In this document: positions 1-10,011 of the stretch, one piece after another
How positions within the stretch are numbered: position 1 is the first letter of the stretch
Layout of the letters: every line of letters begins with the position of its first letter
Source: an uncultured Thermoleophilia bacterium
GTDB lineage: Bacteria; Actinomycetota; Thermoleophilia; Miltoncostaeales; Miltoncostaeaceae
Reading direction: 5' to 3'
Length of the DNA stretch: 64,000 bases
Assembly (NCBI GenBank): GCA_963773325.1
Contig: CAVZAI010000002.1
Coordinates: 1,532,274-1,596,273 of the forward strand
Translations under genes and position numbers: made by a program
The notes under the pieces: generated by a model
The model's database searches: none
What the model was told of the DNA's origin: nothing
The model's input: the letters and a program-made list of their open reading frames with translations, nothing else

Positions 1-112
1 CCACCAGGACACTGTTCCGGCAGGGACGACCGCGGCTGACGGGAGCGCCGAGGTGGGGGGCCTATACTCGAGCGGCGGGAGGTGTCGCGAGCTACGAGGT
101 GGGTGAGCGGAC

Positions 113-514
113 ATGGACATGCATGAGTTGACGAGCAGGGTCGGCGAAAGCCTGTCGGTTCGCCGAGCGTTCGGCGCTGCGTACGAGAAGAACGGCGTTC
201 TCGTGATCCCGGTTGCGCTTGTCGCCGGGGGTGGCGGGGGTGGACAGCGGGCGATGTCGCCCGGGGGCCAACACCCGCGCCCAGCCGCGAACGCGGCGGA
301 CGACGCTGACGGTGAGCCAGCCAGCACGACGCAGTCCGAGGCGGGCGGGGGATTCGGCGGCCTGATCATGCCCATCGGCGCCTACGTGGTGAAGGGTGAT
401 CAGGTGCGCTGGGTACCGGCAGTGAACGTCACGCTCATTGTCCTCGCCGGTCTCAGCACGATCCGAGTTCTGGCATTGCTACGGGCGCGCGGTCGGAGGC
501 GCCGGCACGTGTGA
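113..514 (+). CDS. GerW/YtfJ-family protein (sporulation-protein-YtfJ-like)
   Basis: 133-aa ORF. N-terminal SVRRAFGAAYEKNGVLVIPVA, a central Gly-rich stretch and PIGAYVVKGDQVRWVP fit the family pattern as I recall it. There is a C-terminal hydrophobic helix. Confidence 0.6.
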   Translation: MDMHELTSRVGESLSVRRAFGAAYEKNGVLVIPVALVAGGGGGGQRAMSPGGQHPRPAANAADDADGEPASTTQSEAGGGFGGLIMPIGAYVVKGDQVRWVPAVNVTLIVLAGLSTIRVLALLRARGRRRRHV

Positions 515-892
515 CGGTCGAATCCGCCGATCCAGCCTGTCCCGAGCGGTGATGTCCCAGCGCGTGCCTGTGCCTCGTTCAGCTGGCGGCGGGTGAGCCT
601 CGTCCAGCGGGTGACCGCGGGTCAGTGCCGGGTCAACAGACTCCACCGCACTCGGGCGGTATTGCGACGGCGGCCCACCTTCGCGTAACCCCACGCCGTA
701 CAGGGACTTCCGGGACGGCACGCAGACGCGCGAGCCGACGGCCGTTTCCGTCCGGGGCACCTCGTCGGCTGCCCGCTGGCAGAGGCCGGCAGGCCGTGGA
801 GCGCTGAGACGTCGTCACAGTGCCGCTGCGAGCGGTCCCGTGACCGCTCAGGTGCTCGGCACCCCAGCGCGCCCGACCCTGAGTCGGAACGA

Positions 893-1162
893 TCACGTGT
901 GGGTACGCAGCACCTCCAGATCGGCGTGCGCCAGTCGCGCTGCCGATGCGATCGACTGGAGTGCCTGTGCCACCATCTCTGCTTCGGCGGTGCGAAACGG
1001 GCCTGGTTGGACGATCTCGATCCACGGCACCGGCACGCCGCTGGACTCGTCGCGCTCGATTCGCAGCTGGGTGATTGGTCGACCGCCACTGGTGACCATC
1101 GCGCCATATGCCCATGGGCCGGGGTCTTCGGCAACCACGAACCGCGCCTCGTCGATCTGCAC
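893..1162 (-). CDS. hypothetical small protein
   Basis: 89-aa ORF with a GTG start preceded by AGGAG about 6 nt upstream (reverse complement of 1166-1170). The composition is non-repetitive. No family recognised. Confidence 0.45.
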   Translation of the reverse strand: MQIDEARFVVAEDPGPWAYGAMVTSGGRPITQLRIERDESSGVPVPWIEIVQPGPFRTAEAEMVAQALQSIASAARLAHADLEVLRTHT

Positions 1163-1462
1163 TGTCAGCTCCTATCGCGGCGTCAGGTGGAGGCCTACAC
1201 CTCACCGCCAGCGTCTCCGTGCCGTGGGTTGAGCGACTGTCGGCGCTGGCGCCCCCGAGCGTCAGACGAGGGCCCTCAGGTGATGGCCCGTGGGCGTTCT
1301 CGATCGCCCGTGGACCCGGTGATCGCCCCCCGGGCCACAATCGGGGGGGGCCGAGGTGCCGTTCGCTTGGCCCTCTGCACCATGGTTGTCTCGATGGCAC
1401 GGTTCGGACCTGGCGCCGTGGGCCGACACAGTTCCGGGAGACCGGATGGGATACTCCGTGAC

Positions 1463-2830
1463 ATGACGGCCGCCGCGTCATCCGCGCCGAGCGCAGTCCC
1501 CGTCGGCCCGTCGCGATTGAGCGGCCGCCGCCGCGCGGCAGTCTGGGCGCTGGTCGTGTTGGCGTCGCTCGCTGGCCTGCTGGCGATCGTGGCGATTTGG
1601 ATCAATCGTCAGTTGCTCAGTGACTCGGCGTCCACGCAGACGAGTACGGCACTGGTCCAGGATGCGACGGTGCGACGCGCGCTCTCGGGATACGTGGTCG
1701 ATCAGCTCTACGCGAACGTGGACGTCTCGAACGAGATCCAGCAGCGGCTGCCGTCCCAGTTCAAGCCGCTCGCAGCGCCCGCGGCGGCCGCGCTGCGCGA
1801 CCCCGCGGTCCAGGCGGTCAACTTCCTGCTCGCGAGGCCCAGCATTCAGGCCCTGTTCGTGGCGTCGGCCACTGACGCACATCGGCAGCTGATCAATGTC
1901 CTCGAGGACAGGACTGGCCTCGGCGTCACGACCGGCAACGGCACCGTGCAGGTCAACCTCGGGCAGCTCATCAGGCAGGTCGGCACGGAGCTCGGGCTTC
2001 CGGCGTCAGCAGTGAGCAAGCTGCCACCGAACGCCGGCGTGATCACGGTGATGCGCTCCGACCAGCTCGGCCTCGCGCAGACGGGCGTCCGCGCGATTCG
2101 GATTCTGAGCGTCTGGCTGCTCGTGCTCGTCCTTGCCTTGTTCGGCCTGGCCGTCTATCTCGCGGAGGGCGTCCGTCGCCAGACACTGCGCAATATCGGC
2201 TGGGCGTTCGTGGTCGTTGGGCTCATCGTGTTCGTGGCCCGCCGCCTGACCGGCGATTACGTGATTGGTGGCTTGACAACCTCCACCTATCAGACGCCGG
2301 CCCAGCACATCTGGGTCATCGGCACGTCGACCCTCGGCGAGATCGGTTGGGCGACGGTCCTCTACGGCGTGCTCATCGTGCTCGGTGCAGGACTCGCGGG
2401 TCCAACACGGGCCGCGACCGCCGTGCGCGCTTGGATTGCCCCAGTCGTCAACCAGCGGCCCGGGATCGCCTGGGCGGGTGTCGCGGTCGCCTTTCTCCTC
2501 GTTGTCCTGTGGGGTGGCACCTATGCGCTGCGAACGCCGCTGGGGATCATCATCCTCGGCGGACTGCTCGCCGCGGGGTTCTACGCGTTTCGACGCCAAA
2601 CCCAGCGAGAGTTCCCAGAACGGTCCGAACGCCGCGACCTTCGCGCCACGGCGATGGCCGCGGTCGGCCGCGTTGGCGAGTTTGTGTCGTCTCGGGAACC
2701 CACCTCCGGCTGGCGGATCCGACACCATCGATCCACCACGGAGGAACTCGCGCACCTCGCCGAGTTGCATGCCAGCGGAGCACTCACCGACGAAGAGTTC
2801 GCGCGCGCGAAGGCCGCCATCCTGGAGTGA
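1463..2830 (+). CDS. multi-pass membrane protein with C-terminal SHOCT domain
   Basis: Internal ATG of ORF 899..2830, chosen where coding-like sequence begins (MTAAASS...). Several hydrophobic helices. The C-terminus TTEELAHLAELHASGALTDEEFARAKAAILE is a typical SHOCT motif. Confidence 0.7.
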   Translation: MTAAASSAPSAVPVGPSRLSGRRRAAVWALVVLASLAGLLAIVAIWINRQLLSDSASTQTSTALVQDATVRRALSGYVVDQLYANVDVSNEIQQRLPSQFKPLAAPAAAALRDPAVQAVNFLLARPSIQALFVASATDAHRQLINVLEDRTGLGVTTGNGTVQVNLGQLIRQVGTELGLPASAVSKLPPNAGVITVMRSDQLGLAQTGVRAIRILSVWLLVLVLALFGLAVYLAEGVRRQTLRNIGWAFVVVGLIVFVARRLTGDYVIGGLTTSTYQTPAQHIWVIGTSTLGEIGWATVLYGVLIVLGAGLAGPTRAATAVRAWIAPVVNQRPGIAWAGVAVAFLLVVLWGGTYALRTPLGIIILGGLLAAGFYAFRRQTQREFPERSERRDLRATAMAAVGRVGEFVSSREPTSGWRIRHHRSTTEELAHLAELHASGALTDEEFARAKAAILE

Positions 2831-3044
2831 TGGCGGGGTGGGGCGCCGACGGGCTCGGTGGCGAGCGTGCGCGGTGATCGGCCGACCCGGCACGCGTGGT
2901 CCCGCCGCACGCGCCACCGCACCCGCGCCGCACGGCGCAGGCCGCTGAGACCGACACCGCGCCCCACCAGCGACGACCACATCCGGACGACACCCGGCGC
3001 GGCGGGTACGCGAGTTCAGCGGGCCAGCGCTCGGTGGTCCCGAT

Positions 3045-3350
3045 CTAGCTGCCGAGATACTGGTGAGACACCAGCGCGATCCACGTGATGTTCGACGGCG
3101 GTCCGGCAATGCCACCCTTGACAAGTGCCGGGCCGAGGCGGTCCTCCATGAACCTGGCCTGGTGGTCGGGTGTGTCCCACACCTCGATCACGACGAGGTG
3201 CCCGCCCTCATTGAGACCGGCGGAGTGCGCAATCAGGCCGTCGGGCCAGGTGCCCTCGCCGGTTTGGGCGTCCAGGCCGAGCTCCTTGTTGACCGCCCAG
3301 TACTCGTCGGTGGTGACTCCCTCGAACTCCAAGATCAACTCCGCAGCCAT
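3045..3350 (-). CDS. small cytoplasmic protein, possibly dimeric alpha/beta-barrel (ABM-like) fold
   Basis: Internal ATG (MAAELILEFEGVT...) of ORF 3045..3422. About 100 aa with no TM. The fold call is only a guess from size and pattern. Confidence 0.45.
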   Translation of the reverse strand: MAAELILEFEGVTTDEYWAVNKELGLDAQTGEGTWPDGLIAHSAGLNEGGHLVVIEVWDTPDHQARFMEDRLGPALVKGGIAGPPSNITWIALVSHQYLGS

Positions 3351-3449
3351 CGTGTCCGCCTTTCGCTGTCGGCACGGTTCATTAGCCTCGGCATCCTCCC
3401 AGTTCCGTCGCGACCGTGCCACCGGCCCCTCGACACCACAGCTGACGAC

Positions 3450-4103
3450 CTAGCCTCGATCGAACGTCGACCGAAATAGGTACGCGGTCGCCAGGCTGCG
3501 GTACGGACGCCATGGTTCGGCGATCTCGATGACTTCCGCCTCGCTGGGGAGGTGATCGAGTTGGTAGACGGACCGGATCGCCTTGCGCAGGGCGAGGTCG
3601 CCCGGCAGGACCACGTCGGGACGGTCGAGGGCGATGATCAGGAAGCCGTGCACCGTCCAGGGGCCGATCCCCGTGATCGTCGTCAACCGCGCTTCGATCT
3701 CGGCGTCGGACAGCGACTGCAGTTCACCGTCGCTCAGCGCGCCATCGACGTACTGCGCGGCGAGCGCGCGCAGGGTCGCGACCTTGCGTTGCGAGAGCCC
3801 TGCGCGGCGCAACCGCGCAGGGTCTGCTGCCAGGAGTTGGGCCGGGGTCGGCAGCTCGCCGCCGAAGCACTCGAGGAGCCGTGTGAGGATGCGCCGGGTC
3901 GCCCCCAGGGACAGCTGTTGACCGACGACCTGGAAGAGCAGCGCCTGGAAGCCGCCCATCGCTGGCAGGTCCGCGAGCCATGCCCGTGGCTCGAAATCGG
4001 GATACGCGGAGATGACCCGAGCCAACGCTGGATCCGCTCGGCGCAGGTGCTCGACGGCCTGCTCGGATGGATATCGCCTGGTTGTCGCAGGTCGCCGTCC
4101 CAT
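3450..4103 (-). CDS. DNA-3-methyladenine glycosylase II-like (HhH-GPD superfamily, AlkA-type)
   Basis: Carries the HhH-GPD signature region LTTITGIGPWTVHGFLIIALDRPDVVLPGDLALRKA. Start set at the internal ATG MGRRPATT, because the upstream part of the ORF is Arg/Pro-rich junk. Confidence 0.8.
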   Translation of the reverse strand: MGRRPATTRRYPSEQAVEHLRRADPALARVISAYPDFEPRAWLADLPAMGGFQALLFQVVGQQLSLGATRRILTRLLECFGGELPTPAQLLAADPARLRRAGLSQRKVATLRALAAQYVDGALSDGELQSLSDAEIEARLTTITGIGPWTVHGFLIIALDRPDVVLPGDLALRKAIRSVYQLDHLPSEAEVIEIAEPWRPYRSLATAYLFRSTFDRG

Positions 4104-4296
4104 GCGCGTCAGTCGATGAGTATGGCCGGTGGGGATGCGCGCATGCGAGAGGGCCTCGACTCTCCCGCCTCGGGAGGTGACAATGGTTGTGCTCGGGGCC
4201 GGGATCGCCGAGTCGATGCCCGGTCGTCGAGCGGTCGTCGCGGGTCCGGCGCGGGGTCTGTCCCAGGTGGCGCGGGCGTCGACTCCCGCAGCCGGC

Positions 4297-5535
4297 ATGA
4301 ACCACGTTGAGGGACGAACGGCGGACGTGCTCCGAACTCATGCCGACGTGCTCGTGATCGGCGCGGGGTTGGCCGGGAGCGCCGCCGCGATGCATCTGGC
4401 CGAGCTCGGCGCAGGATCGGTCGTCGTCGTCGATCCGGATCTCGCCGGCATCCGGTCGTCGTCGGAGCGCAATGCCGGCGGGGTTCGCGCGACCTGGTGG
4501 CAGCGCGTAAACATCGAGCTCTGCGCGGCATCGATCGACTTCCTGCGGGTGCACGGCTCCGAGGTCGGCTTTCGCCCCCTCGGGTATCTCTGGCTCTACG
4601 GACCGGAGTTGTGGGATCGCGCAGCCGGGCATGTCGCGCTGCAGCGTGCACTCGGCCAGGAGATCGAGCTGCTCTCCCACGTCGAGCTCGCGGGCAGCTG
4701 GCCCGAGATCGACCGATTGGACGGCATTGCGGGAGCCACGTTCTCGCCGATGGACGGATTGGTCAACGCCAACGCGGTCAAGGAGCTCTACCGCCGACGC
4801 GCACGGGCTGCCGGCGCTCGGTTCCTCGATCGGCGGCTGGTCGTCGGCGTCGACCGCGACGGAGTGCGGGCGCGCGGCGTGCGGCTACGGGCGCTGGGTG
4901 ACGAAGCGCAGGCGCTTGCGAGTCTCGTCGGTGTGCCGGTCGACGGCGAGTCGGAGCGCATCGAATGCGGACAGCTTGTGAACGCGGCCGGGCCCTGGGC
5001 CGCGAGCGTCGCCGAGCTGATTGGCACCCCGGTGCCAAGCCGCGCGGTACGCCGGCAGGTCAGCACGTTTCGTTGCCGTGACGTCGATTTGTCGCGCTAC
5101 GGGATGATCGTCGACACGACCGGGTGCTATTTCCACCACGAGGGCGGCGACCTCATCCTGGCGGGATTCTCACCGGCTGGTGACCCTCCGGGGTATCGGT
5201 TCGACTACGACGGGCGTGCGTTCTTCGAGTCGGAGATCTGGCCCCGGCTGGCCGCCCGCATGAGCGGCATGGACCGCCTGCAGTACGAGGGCGGCTGGGC
5301 CGGGCTGTACGAGCTGTCGCCGGACAACAGCGCGCTGCTGGGCCGCGTCCAGGGATCGGCCAACGTCTACGAGATGCACTCATTCTCCGGCCGCGGCGTG
5401 ATGCAAAGCTATGCCGCCGGTCGCGCGCTCGCGGAGCTCATGGTCCTCGGTCGCTTCGACACGATTGACGCATCGGCCCTCGCCGGCGTGCGCTTCGCCA
5501 CCGGGGCGTTGCAACTCGAGGAGCTCCACATCTAG
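4297..5535 (+). CDS. FAD-dependent oxidoreductase (DAO / sarcosine-oxidase-beta-like)
   Basis: N-terminal dinucleotide-binding motif DVLVIGAGLAGSAAA. Length about 410 aa. Start at the internal ATG MNHVEG. Confidence 0.8.
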   Translation: MNHVEGRTADVLRTHADVLVIGAGLAGSAAAMHLAELGAGSVVVVDPDLAGIRSSSERNAGGVRATWWQRVNIELCAASIDFLRVHGSEVGFRPLGYLWLYGPELWDRAAGHVALQRALGQEIELLSHVELAGSWPEIDRLDGIAGATFSPMDGLVNANAVKELYRRRARAAGARFLDRRLVVGVDRDGVRARGVRLRALGDEAQALASLVGVPVDGESERIECGQLVNAAGPWAASVAELIGTPVPSRAVRRQVSTFRCRDVDLSRYGMIVDTTGCYFHHEGGDLILAGFSPAGDPPGYRFDYDGRAFFESEIWPRLAARMSGMDRLQYEGGWAGLYELSPDNSALLGRVQGSANVYEMHSFSGRGVMQSYAAGRALAELMVLGRFDTIDASALAGVRFATGALQLEELHI

Positions 5536-5572
5536 GCCCCTGCGGACGACGACGCGCGGGACGCGCCCACGA

Positions 5573-6580
5573 TTACGCGCGCGCGCCCTCGGCCGGCCGC
5601 CAGACCGTCCGCAACGCGGGCGCGGTGCGCTCGTCGCGCATCCATCGGACGATGCTGGGACACGCCTCGCGCTGACGGCCAACGCCGTCCACGGCGAACC
5701 GCCCGAGGTGCGTCTGCATCGTGATCGCGGTCGCCGCCTGCCAGAGCGCGTCGGGGTCCGCGCTGCCGGCGACGCTGAGCGCGCGCTGCGCGACCATGCC
5801 CGCGGCGGCGCTCTGCGCCGCCGGATACTGGGCCCCAGGCGGGAGCCCGAAATCGGGCAGTGGTCCATCTCCCGGCCACTGGCTCGGTCCGAACCACCCG
5901 AGCAGCGCCGGGCCGAGGTCGAGCGCGGCCTGCTCGAGGCCGCAGAGCACCAGGCCGACGTAGACCGACCTGCCGCGCAGCGCCCGCGCGAGCGACAGAT
6001 CATCTTCCCGACGACCACATCCGACGATGACCTCCGCGCCGAGCTGAAGTGCGCGATCAACCTGCGCATCGACCCCTCGGGGCTGCAGGTCGGCGTCCCA
6101 GAAGGGTGTGCGCCGCAGGCTCGCCAAGGCCTCACGCAGGCCGGCGGCGACCGCGCGGCCGAACGGGGAGGGCCCCGTGAGGATGGCGATGCGACTGAGG
6201 TCCGCCCCAGCGTCGGAGAGCGCCTGCGGCAGGCCGGCCCAGTAGCGCTCCGCCGGGGCCAGGACGTCGATTTGGCGAATGGTCGTCGGCCGTGCGGCGG
6301 CTGCGCCGTGGTTCCAAACGACCCATGGCGCCCCGGCGAGTGCGTGTTGGACGGCACGCATCGGGCCGCTGCCGTACGGGCCGAAGAGCAGGTCGCAGCG
6401 GCCGGCGAGCTCGACCACGCGGACCGCGGTGCGCTCCCCGTCGCTGGTGCCATCGACGATCGTCAGATCGACGTCGGCGTGTGTTGCCCAGTGACGCAGC
6501 CCATTTGCGGCATCGCGACCGGCGAACGCGTACCGGCCCGAGAGCGCCAGCGCGGCAGCGGCCCGGACCCGGCTACGCAT
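5573..6580 (-). CDS. type-I periplasmic-binding-fold protein (Leu/Ile/Val-binding-protein-like / AmiC-like)
   Basis: This is the 335-aa C-terminal part of the 599-aa ORF 5573..7372, from MRSRVRAAAAL. It has the pattern of a branched-chain amino acid binding fold. There is no clear signal peptide. The upstream part of the ORF overlaps two real genes in other frames. Confidence 0.55.
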   Translation of the reverse strand: MRSRVRAAAALALSGRYAFAGRDAANGLRHWATHADVDLTIVDGTSDGERTAVRVVELAGRCDLLFGPYGSGPMRAVQHALAGAPWVVWNHGAAAARPTTIRQIDVLAPAERYWAGLPQALSDAGADLSRIAILTGPSPFGRAVAAGLREALASLRRTPFWDADLQPRGVDAQVDRALQLGAEVIVGCGRREDDLSLARALRGRSVYVGLVLCGLEQAALDLGPALLGWFGPSQWPGDGPLPDFGLPPGAQYPAAQSAAAGMVAQRALSVAGSADPDALWQAATAITMQTHLGRFAVDGVGRQREACPSIVRWMRDERTAPALRTVWRPAEGARA

Positions 6581-6693
6581 GCCGTCGCGGCGCGACCAGC
6601 GCCTCGCGGTCGCAGCGACGCGGTTCGCGCGACCCCGTCTCGGCCCCGCGCAGGGCGTGCAGGGCGCCGTGGGTCGCAGCCTGCCGGGACGAG

Positions 6694-6990
6694 TCAGCCT
6701 CCGGCCATGGCCCCCACGACGTGGAACGGCTCGTCGCCGGCAGACACCGAGTCCGGCAGCAGGGCGTCCGGGGATTCGTGCGAGAGGTCCTCTTTGCAGG
6801 CAAAGAATCGGATGAATGCCCGGCGGTGCTGGGTGGCGGGGTCGCGGATCGTGCCGCGAAGCACCGGGTAGGCCGCCTCGAGTGCATCGAGCACCCGCCG
6901 TTGCGTCGCTGGAGCGTCGACATCGAGCGCAACCTCGCTTCTGGCACCCGCGAGCGTGGAGAGATGGTGCGGCAGGATGACCCGGATCAC
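6694..6990 (-). CDS. MoaD/ThiS-family ubiquitin-like beta-grasp protein ending in Gly-Gly
   Basis: 98 aa. The C-terminus ...HVVGAMAGG is followed directly by a stop. The start overlaps the stop of the upstream BNR gene by 4 nt. Confidence 0.7.
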   Translation of the reverse strand: MIRVILPHHLSTLAGARSEVALDVDAPATQRRVLDALEAAYPVLRGTIRDPATQHRRAFIRFFACKEDLSHESPDALLPDSVSAGDEPFHVVGAMAGG

Positions 6991-8102
6991 GGCAGCGCTT
7001 GGACCTCGACCGACATGACGCGGGGCAGGTCCCTGACGATTGCGTCCCAGCTCTCGCCGCCGTCGGGCGACGCGTAGACCTGCCCCCCGGTCGTCCCGAA
7101 GTAGATGCCACAGGGATCAAGGTCGTCGACGGCCATGGCTTCGCGCAGGACGTTGACGAAGCAGTTGTGTTGCGGCAGGCCGCGGGTGAGCGGCTCCCAC
7201 TCGGAGCCGCCGACACGGCTGCGATACACCCGCAGTCGCCCGTCGGGCGGATAGTGCTCCGAATCGCTGGTGATCGGCACGACATACACGGTGTCCGGCT
7301 CGTGCGCGTGGACGACGATGGGGAAACCGAAATCGGTCGGCAGGTCGCCGCTGATCTCTCGCCAGGTGTCACCCGCGTCGTCGCTGCGCATCACGTCCCA
7401 GTGCTTTTGCATGAACAGCACGTCGGGCCGCGCGGGGTGGCGGGCGATCCGGTGCACGCAGTGGCCGGCCTCGGCGTCGGGATCGGGGATGCCCGTCGAG
7501 CGCAGGCCGCGGTTCGCCGCCCTCCAGGTCTCGCCGCCGTCGTCGCTGCGAAAGACACCGGCCGCGGAGATGGCCACATGGATGCGCTCGGGATCCGTCG
7601 GATCGACGAGGATCGTGTGCACGGCCAGGCCCCCGGCACCGGGCTGCCACGTCGGCCCGGATCGCTGGGTGCGGAGCCCGGGGAGTTCCGTCCAGGTCGC
7701 GGCCGCGTCGGTCGACTTGAATAGCGCGGCGTCCTCGACCCCGGCATAGACCGTGTCGGGGTCGGTGAGCGAGGGCTCCAGGTGCCAGACCCGGGCGAAC
7801 GCCCACGGGTGCGGCGTGCCGTCGTACCACTGGTGCGTTCCGGCGTCGCCGTGGTAGACGAATTCGCTTCCCGCCGGTTGCCACGTCCGCCCACCGTCGT
7901 CCGACCGCTGGAGCACCTGGCCGAACCACCCGGTCGACTGTGAGGCGTAGATGCGATCGGGGTCGGCCGGTGACCCGACCATGTGGTAGATCTCCCAGCC
8001 GCCAAAGTGCGGGCCGCTGACGTTCCAGTCCGCGCGCCGGTCGTCGGCAGTCAGGACGAAGCCACCCTTCTGCGTTCCGACAAGGACTCGCACTGTGGTC
8101 AC
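6987..8102 (-). CDS. BNR/Asp-box repeat beta-propeller protein (sialidase-like / Ycf48-like), cytoplasmic
   Basis: Five Asp-box motifs: [40 protein letters not shown]. No signal peptide. Confidence 0.75.
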   Translation of the reverse strand: MTTVRVLVGTQKGGFVLTADDRRADWNVSGPHFGGWEIYHMVGSPADPDRIYASQSTGWFGQVLQRSDDGGRTWQPAGSEFVYHGDAGTHQWYDGTPHPWAFARVWHLEPSLTDPDTVYAGVEDAALFKSTDAAATWTELPGLRTQRSGPTWQPGAGGLAVHTILVDPTDPERIHVAISAAGVFRSDDGGETWRAANRGLRSTGIPDPDAEAGHCVHRIARHPARPDVLFMQKHWDVMRSDDAGDTWREISGDLPTDFGFPIVVHAHEPDTVYVVPITSDSEHYPPDGRLRVYRSRVGGSEWEPLTRGLPQHNCFVNVLREAMAVDDLDPCGIYFGTTGGQVYASPDGGESWDAIVRDLPRVMSVEVQALP

Positions 8103-8309
8103 GGTGCTCCCCCCGTTGTGAGCAGCGCCACCGGATCTGACGCTGGTGTAACGATCTTATGGACGACAATCTCGGCGTCGTCAAGCGCTGCATGCGTCGT
8201 GTCGGTCGGCGGGCAGGTGACCGGTGGGTCGGCCGCATCGGATCCGGTCGAGAGGCGGCACGCACGCGCTTCTCGAGCGGTCGGCGGCGGGCGACCGTCG
8301 TCGTGCGGG

Positions 8310-8365
8310 TTGACATGGCGATAGATAACGATATATCGTGATATCTTGTAAGCAATCGGCTTACA
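8310..8365 (+). promoter_or_regulatory. putative padR promoter with two palindromic operator candidates
   Basis: TTGACA (8310-8315), an 18-nt spacer, then TATCGT (8334-8339). A perfect 12-nt palindrome ACGATATATCGT (8328-8339) overlaps the -10. An inverted repeat TGTAAGC-N5-GCTTACA lies at 8347-8365. This is a locally AT-rich island in a 70% GC background, 27 nt upstream of the padR start. Confidence 0.45.
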
Positions 8366-8391
8366 GACCAGCATCATGAAGGGAATCGCAC

Positions 8392-8955
8392 ATGTACGAG
8401 CACCCTTGCGGCAGCGGCCGCAGGTCCCAAATCGACGGCGATCGCCGTCGGCACCATCACCGCGGACCCGGCGGTCGGCCGGAGCATCCCGGCGAGCATC
8501 ACCGTGAGGCACGCGGTCCGGGACGGGCCCGACGCGGCGATGTTCGCGCCGCCATCCTGGCCCTTCTGGCCGAGCGGCCAATGCATGGCTACGAGATGAT
8601 CCAGGAACTTGAGGCGCGCACGGGCGGCGTCTGGAAGCCGAGCGCCGGGTCGGTCTACCCGACCCTGTCGATGCTCGAAGACGAGGGCCTGGTCCACAGC
8701 GAGACCGTCGCCGGCAAGAAGCTCTTCGCCCTGACCGCCACCGGCACCGAGGCCCAGAGCTCGGCCGACGCGGTCCCGTGGGCCGCCATGGTCCGCGACG
8801 CCGACCCCGCCCAGGTACAGCTGCGGGACGCCGTTCGGACCGTGCACATCGCGGCGCGCCAGATCGCACAGATCGGAACCGAGGAGCAGAAGGCGCGCGC
8901 GGTCGAACTGATCACCGAGCTCCGGAGGGCCCTGTATCTCCTCCTGGCGGGCTAA
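8392..8955 (+). CDS. PadR-family transcriptional regulator
   Basis: Winged-helix core AILALLAERPMHGYEMIQELEARTGGVWKPSAGSVYPTLSMLEDEGLV. Confidence 0.85.
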   Translation: MYEHPCGSGRRSQIDGDRRRHHHRGPGGRPEHPGEHHREARGPGRARRGDVRAAILALLAERPMHGYEMIQELEARTGGVWKPSAGSVYPTLSMLEDEGLVHSETVAGKKLFALTATGTEAQSSADAVPWAAMVRDADPAQVQLRDAVRTVHIAARQIAQIGTEEQKARAVELITELRRALYLLLAG

Positions 8956-9086
8956 CGGACACGGCGCGCCGCGCGCGGACACCGGCCTGGTCCGGGTCAC
9001 GCCGCGGCGCGGCAGCGACCTCCGGGGAAGCTGCACCGATGGGCCGGGACGCCCTGGGCGGAGCCATGGCGAGGTACATTTGTCGT

Positions 9087-9404
9087 ATGCAGGGATACGT
9101 CTACCGCCTGATTGCACCCCGGCCGACCTTCGCCGCCGACATGACGCCCGACGAGCGTGCGACGCTCATGCAGCACGGGGCATACTGGTCCGCGCTGATG
9201 GCGGCGGGCAAGGCCGTGGCCTTCGGTCCCGTCGACGATCCGCGTGGGTCCTACGGGTTGGGCATTCTCCTCGTGGACGACCTGGATGAGGCCGAAGCCA
9301 TCAGGGATGCCGACCCGGCGATCACCGCCCCGCACGGCCTCCGGGCGGAGCTTGCGCCGATGATCCGCTTGGTCACCGCCGACGGCGTCTTCGAGGGCGG
9401 CTGA
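9087..9404 (+). CDS. YciI-like family protein
   Basis: Internal ATG (MQGYVYRLIAPRP...) of ORF 8778..9404. About 105 aa with a YciI-like pattern (HGAYWSALMAAGKAVAFGPV...DADP). An alternative start lies at 9066. Confidence 0.65.
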   Translation: MQGYVYRLIAPRPTFAADMTPDERATLMQHGAYWSALMAAGKAVAFGPVDDPRGSYGLGILLVDDLDEAEAIRDADPAITAPHGLRAELAPMIRLVTADGVFEGG

Positions 9405-9418
9405 CGGGGCCCGGACCG

Positions 9419-9853
9419 CTAGTCGGCGACGCCCCGGACACCGAAAATCCGCGTCGGGGTTACCCGCACGAGCAGCTCGGACGGTACCGCGTTCCGCCGC
9501 CCGTACTCCTCGGCACGGTCTGGGCCCATGTACCGCCCGGCGATCCGCGTCGCCCAATAGAGCAGCTCGTCGCCGTCGGTCGACGTGTTGGCGATGCCGG
9601 CAACGGTGACGAACGTAAACGGCGGCCGCTCATCGTCCCAGCACATCGACACCCGCGGATCCCTGAGGATCGCCTTGCCTTTAAGGGTCGTCGCCGAGGT
9701 CAAAAAGACAATCTGGTCGTTGTCGACGTCGACCCAGACTGGGGCGATATGGGGCGCCCCATCGGCGCGCATGATCGCGAGCTTCGCGGTCCGGGCGGGG
9801 GCCTCAAGCACAAAGGACCGCCACCATGTGTCTGAGCTCTCGTCGGTGCTCAT
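9419..9853 (-). CDS. pyridoxamine 5'-phosphate oxidase family / PPOX-class F420-dependent oxidoreductase
   Basis: 144 aa. Pattern ARTAKLAIMRADGAPHIAPVWVDVDNDQIVFLT...GKAILRDPRVSMC is typical of PPOX-class split-barrel proteins. Confidence 0.75.
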   Translation of the reverse strand: MSTDESSDTWWRSFVLEAPARTAKLAIMRADGAPHIAPVWVDVDNDQIVFLTSATTLKGKAILRDPRVSMCWDDERPPFTFVTVAGIANTSTDGDELLYWATRIAGRYMGPDRAEEYGRRNAVPSELLVRVTPTRIFGVRGVAD

Positions 9854-10011
9854 GGGCGAAGCATACGCCTGGTCCGCCGGCGCCCTCGACGACCGGGCCT
9901 GCCGCCAGCATCCGCGCCGGGGCCTGTGGGCCGGCCTGGGCCGACCCCAGCGCGTGTCAGGGGTCCGGAACGGGGATATGATGGTCGGTGGGGATCGAGG
10001 AGGAACACGCC

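Noticed and set aside
5573-7372. A 599-aa ORF read as a single gene.
   Set aside because: Only the C-terminal 335 aa look like a binding-protein fold. The upstream part overlaps the MoaD-like and BNR genes, which have strong motifs in other frames.
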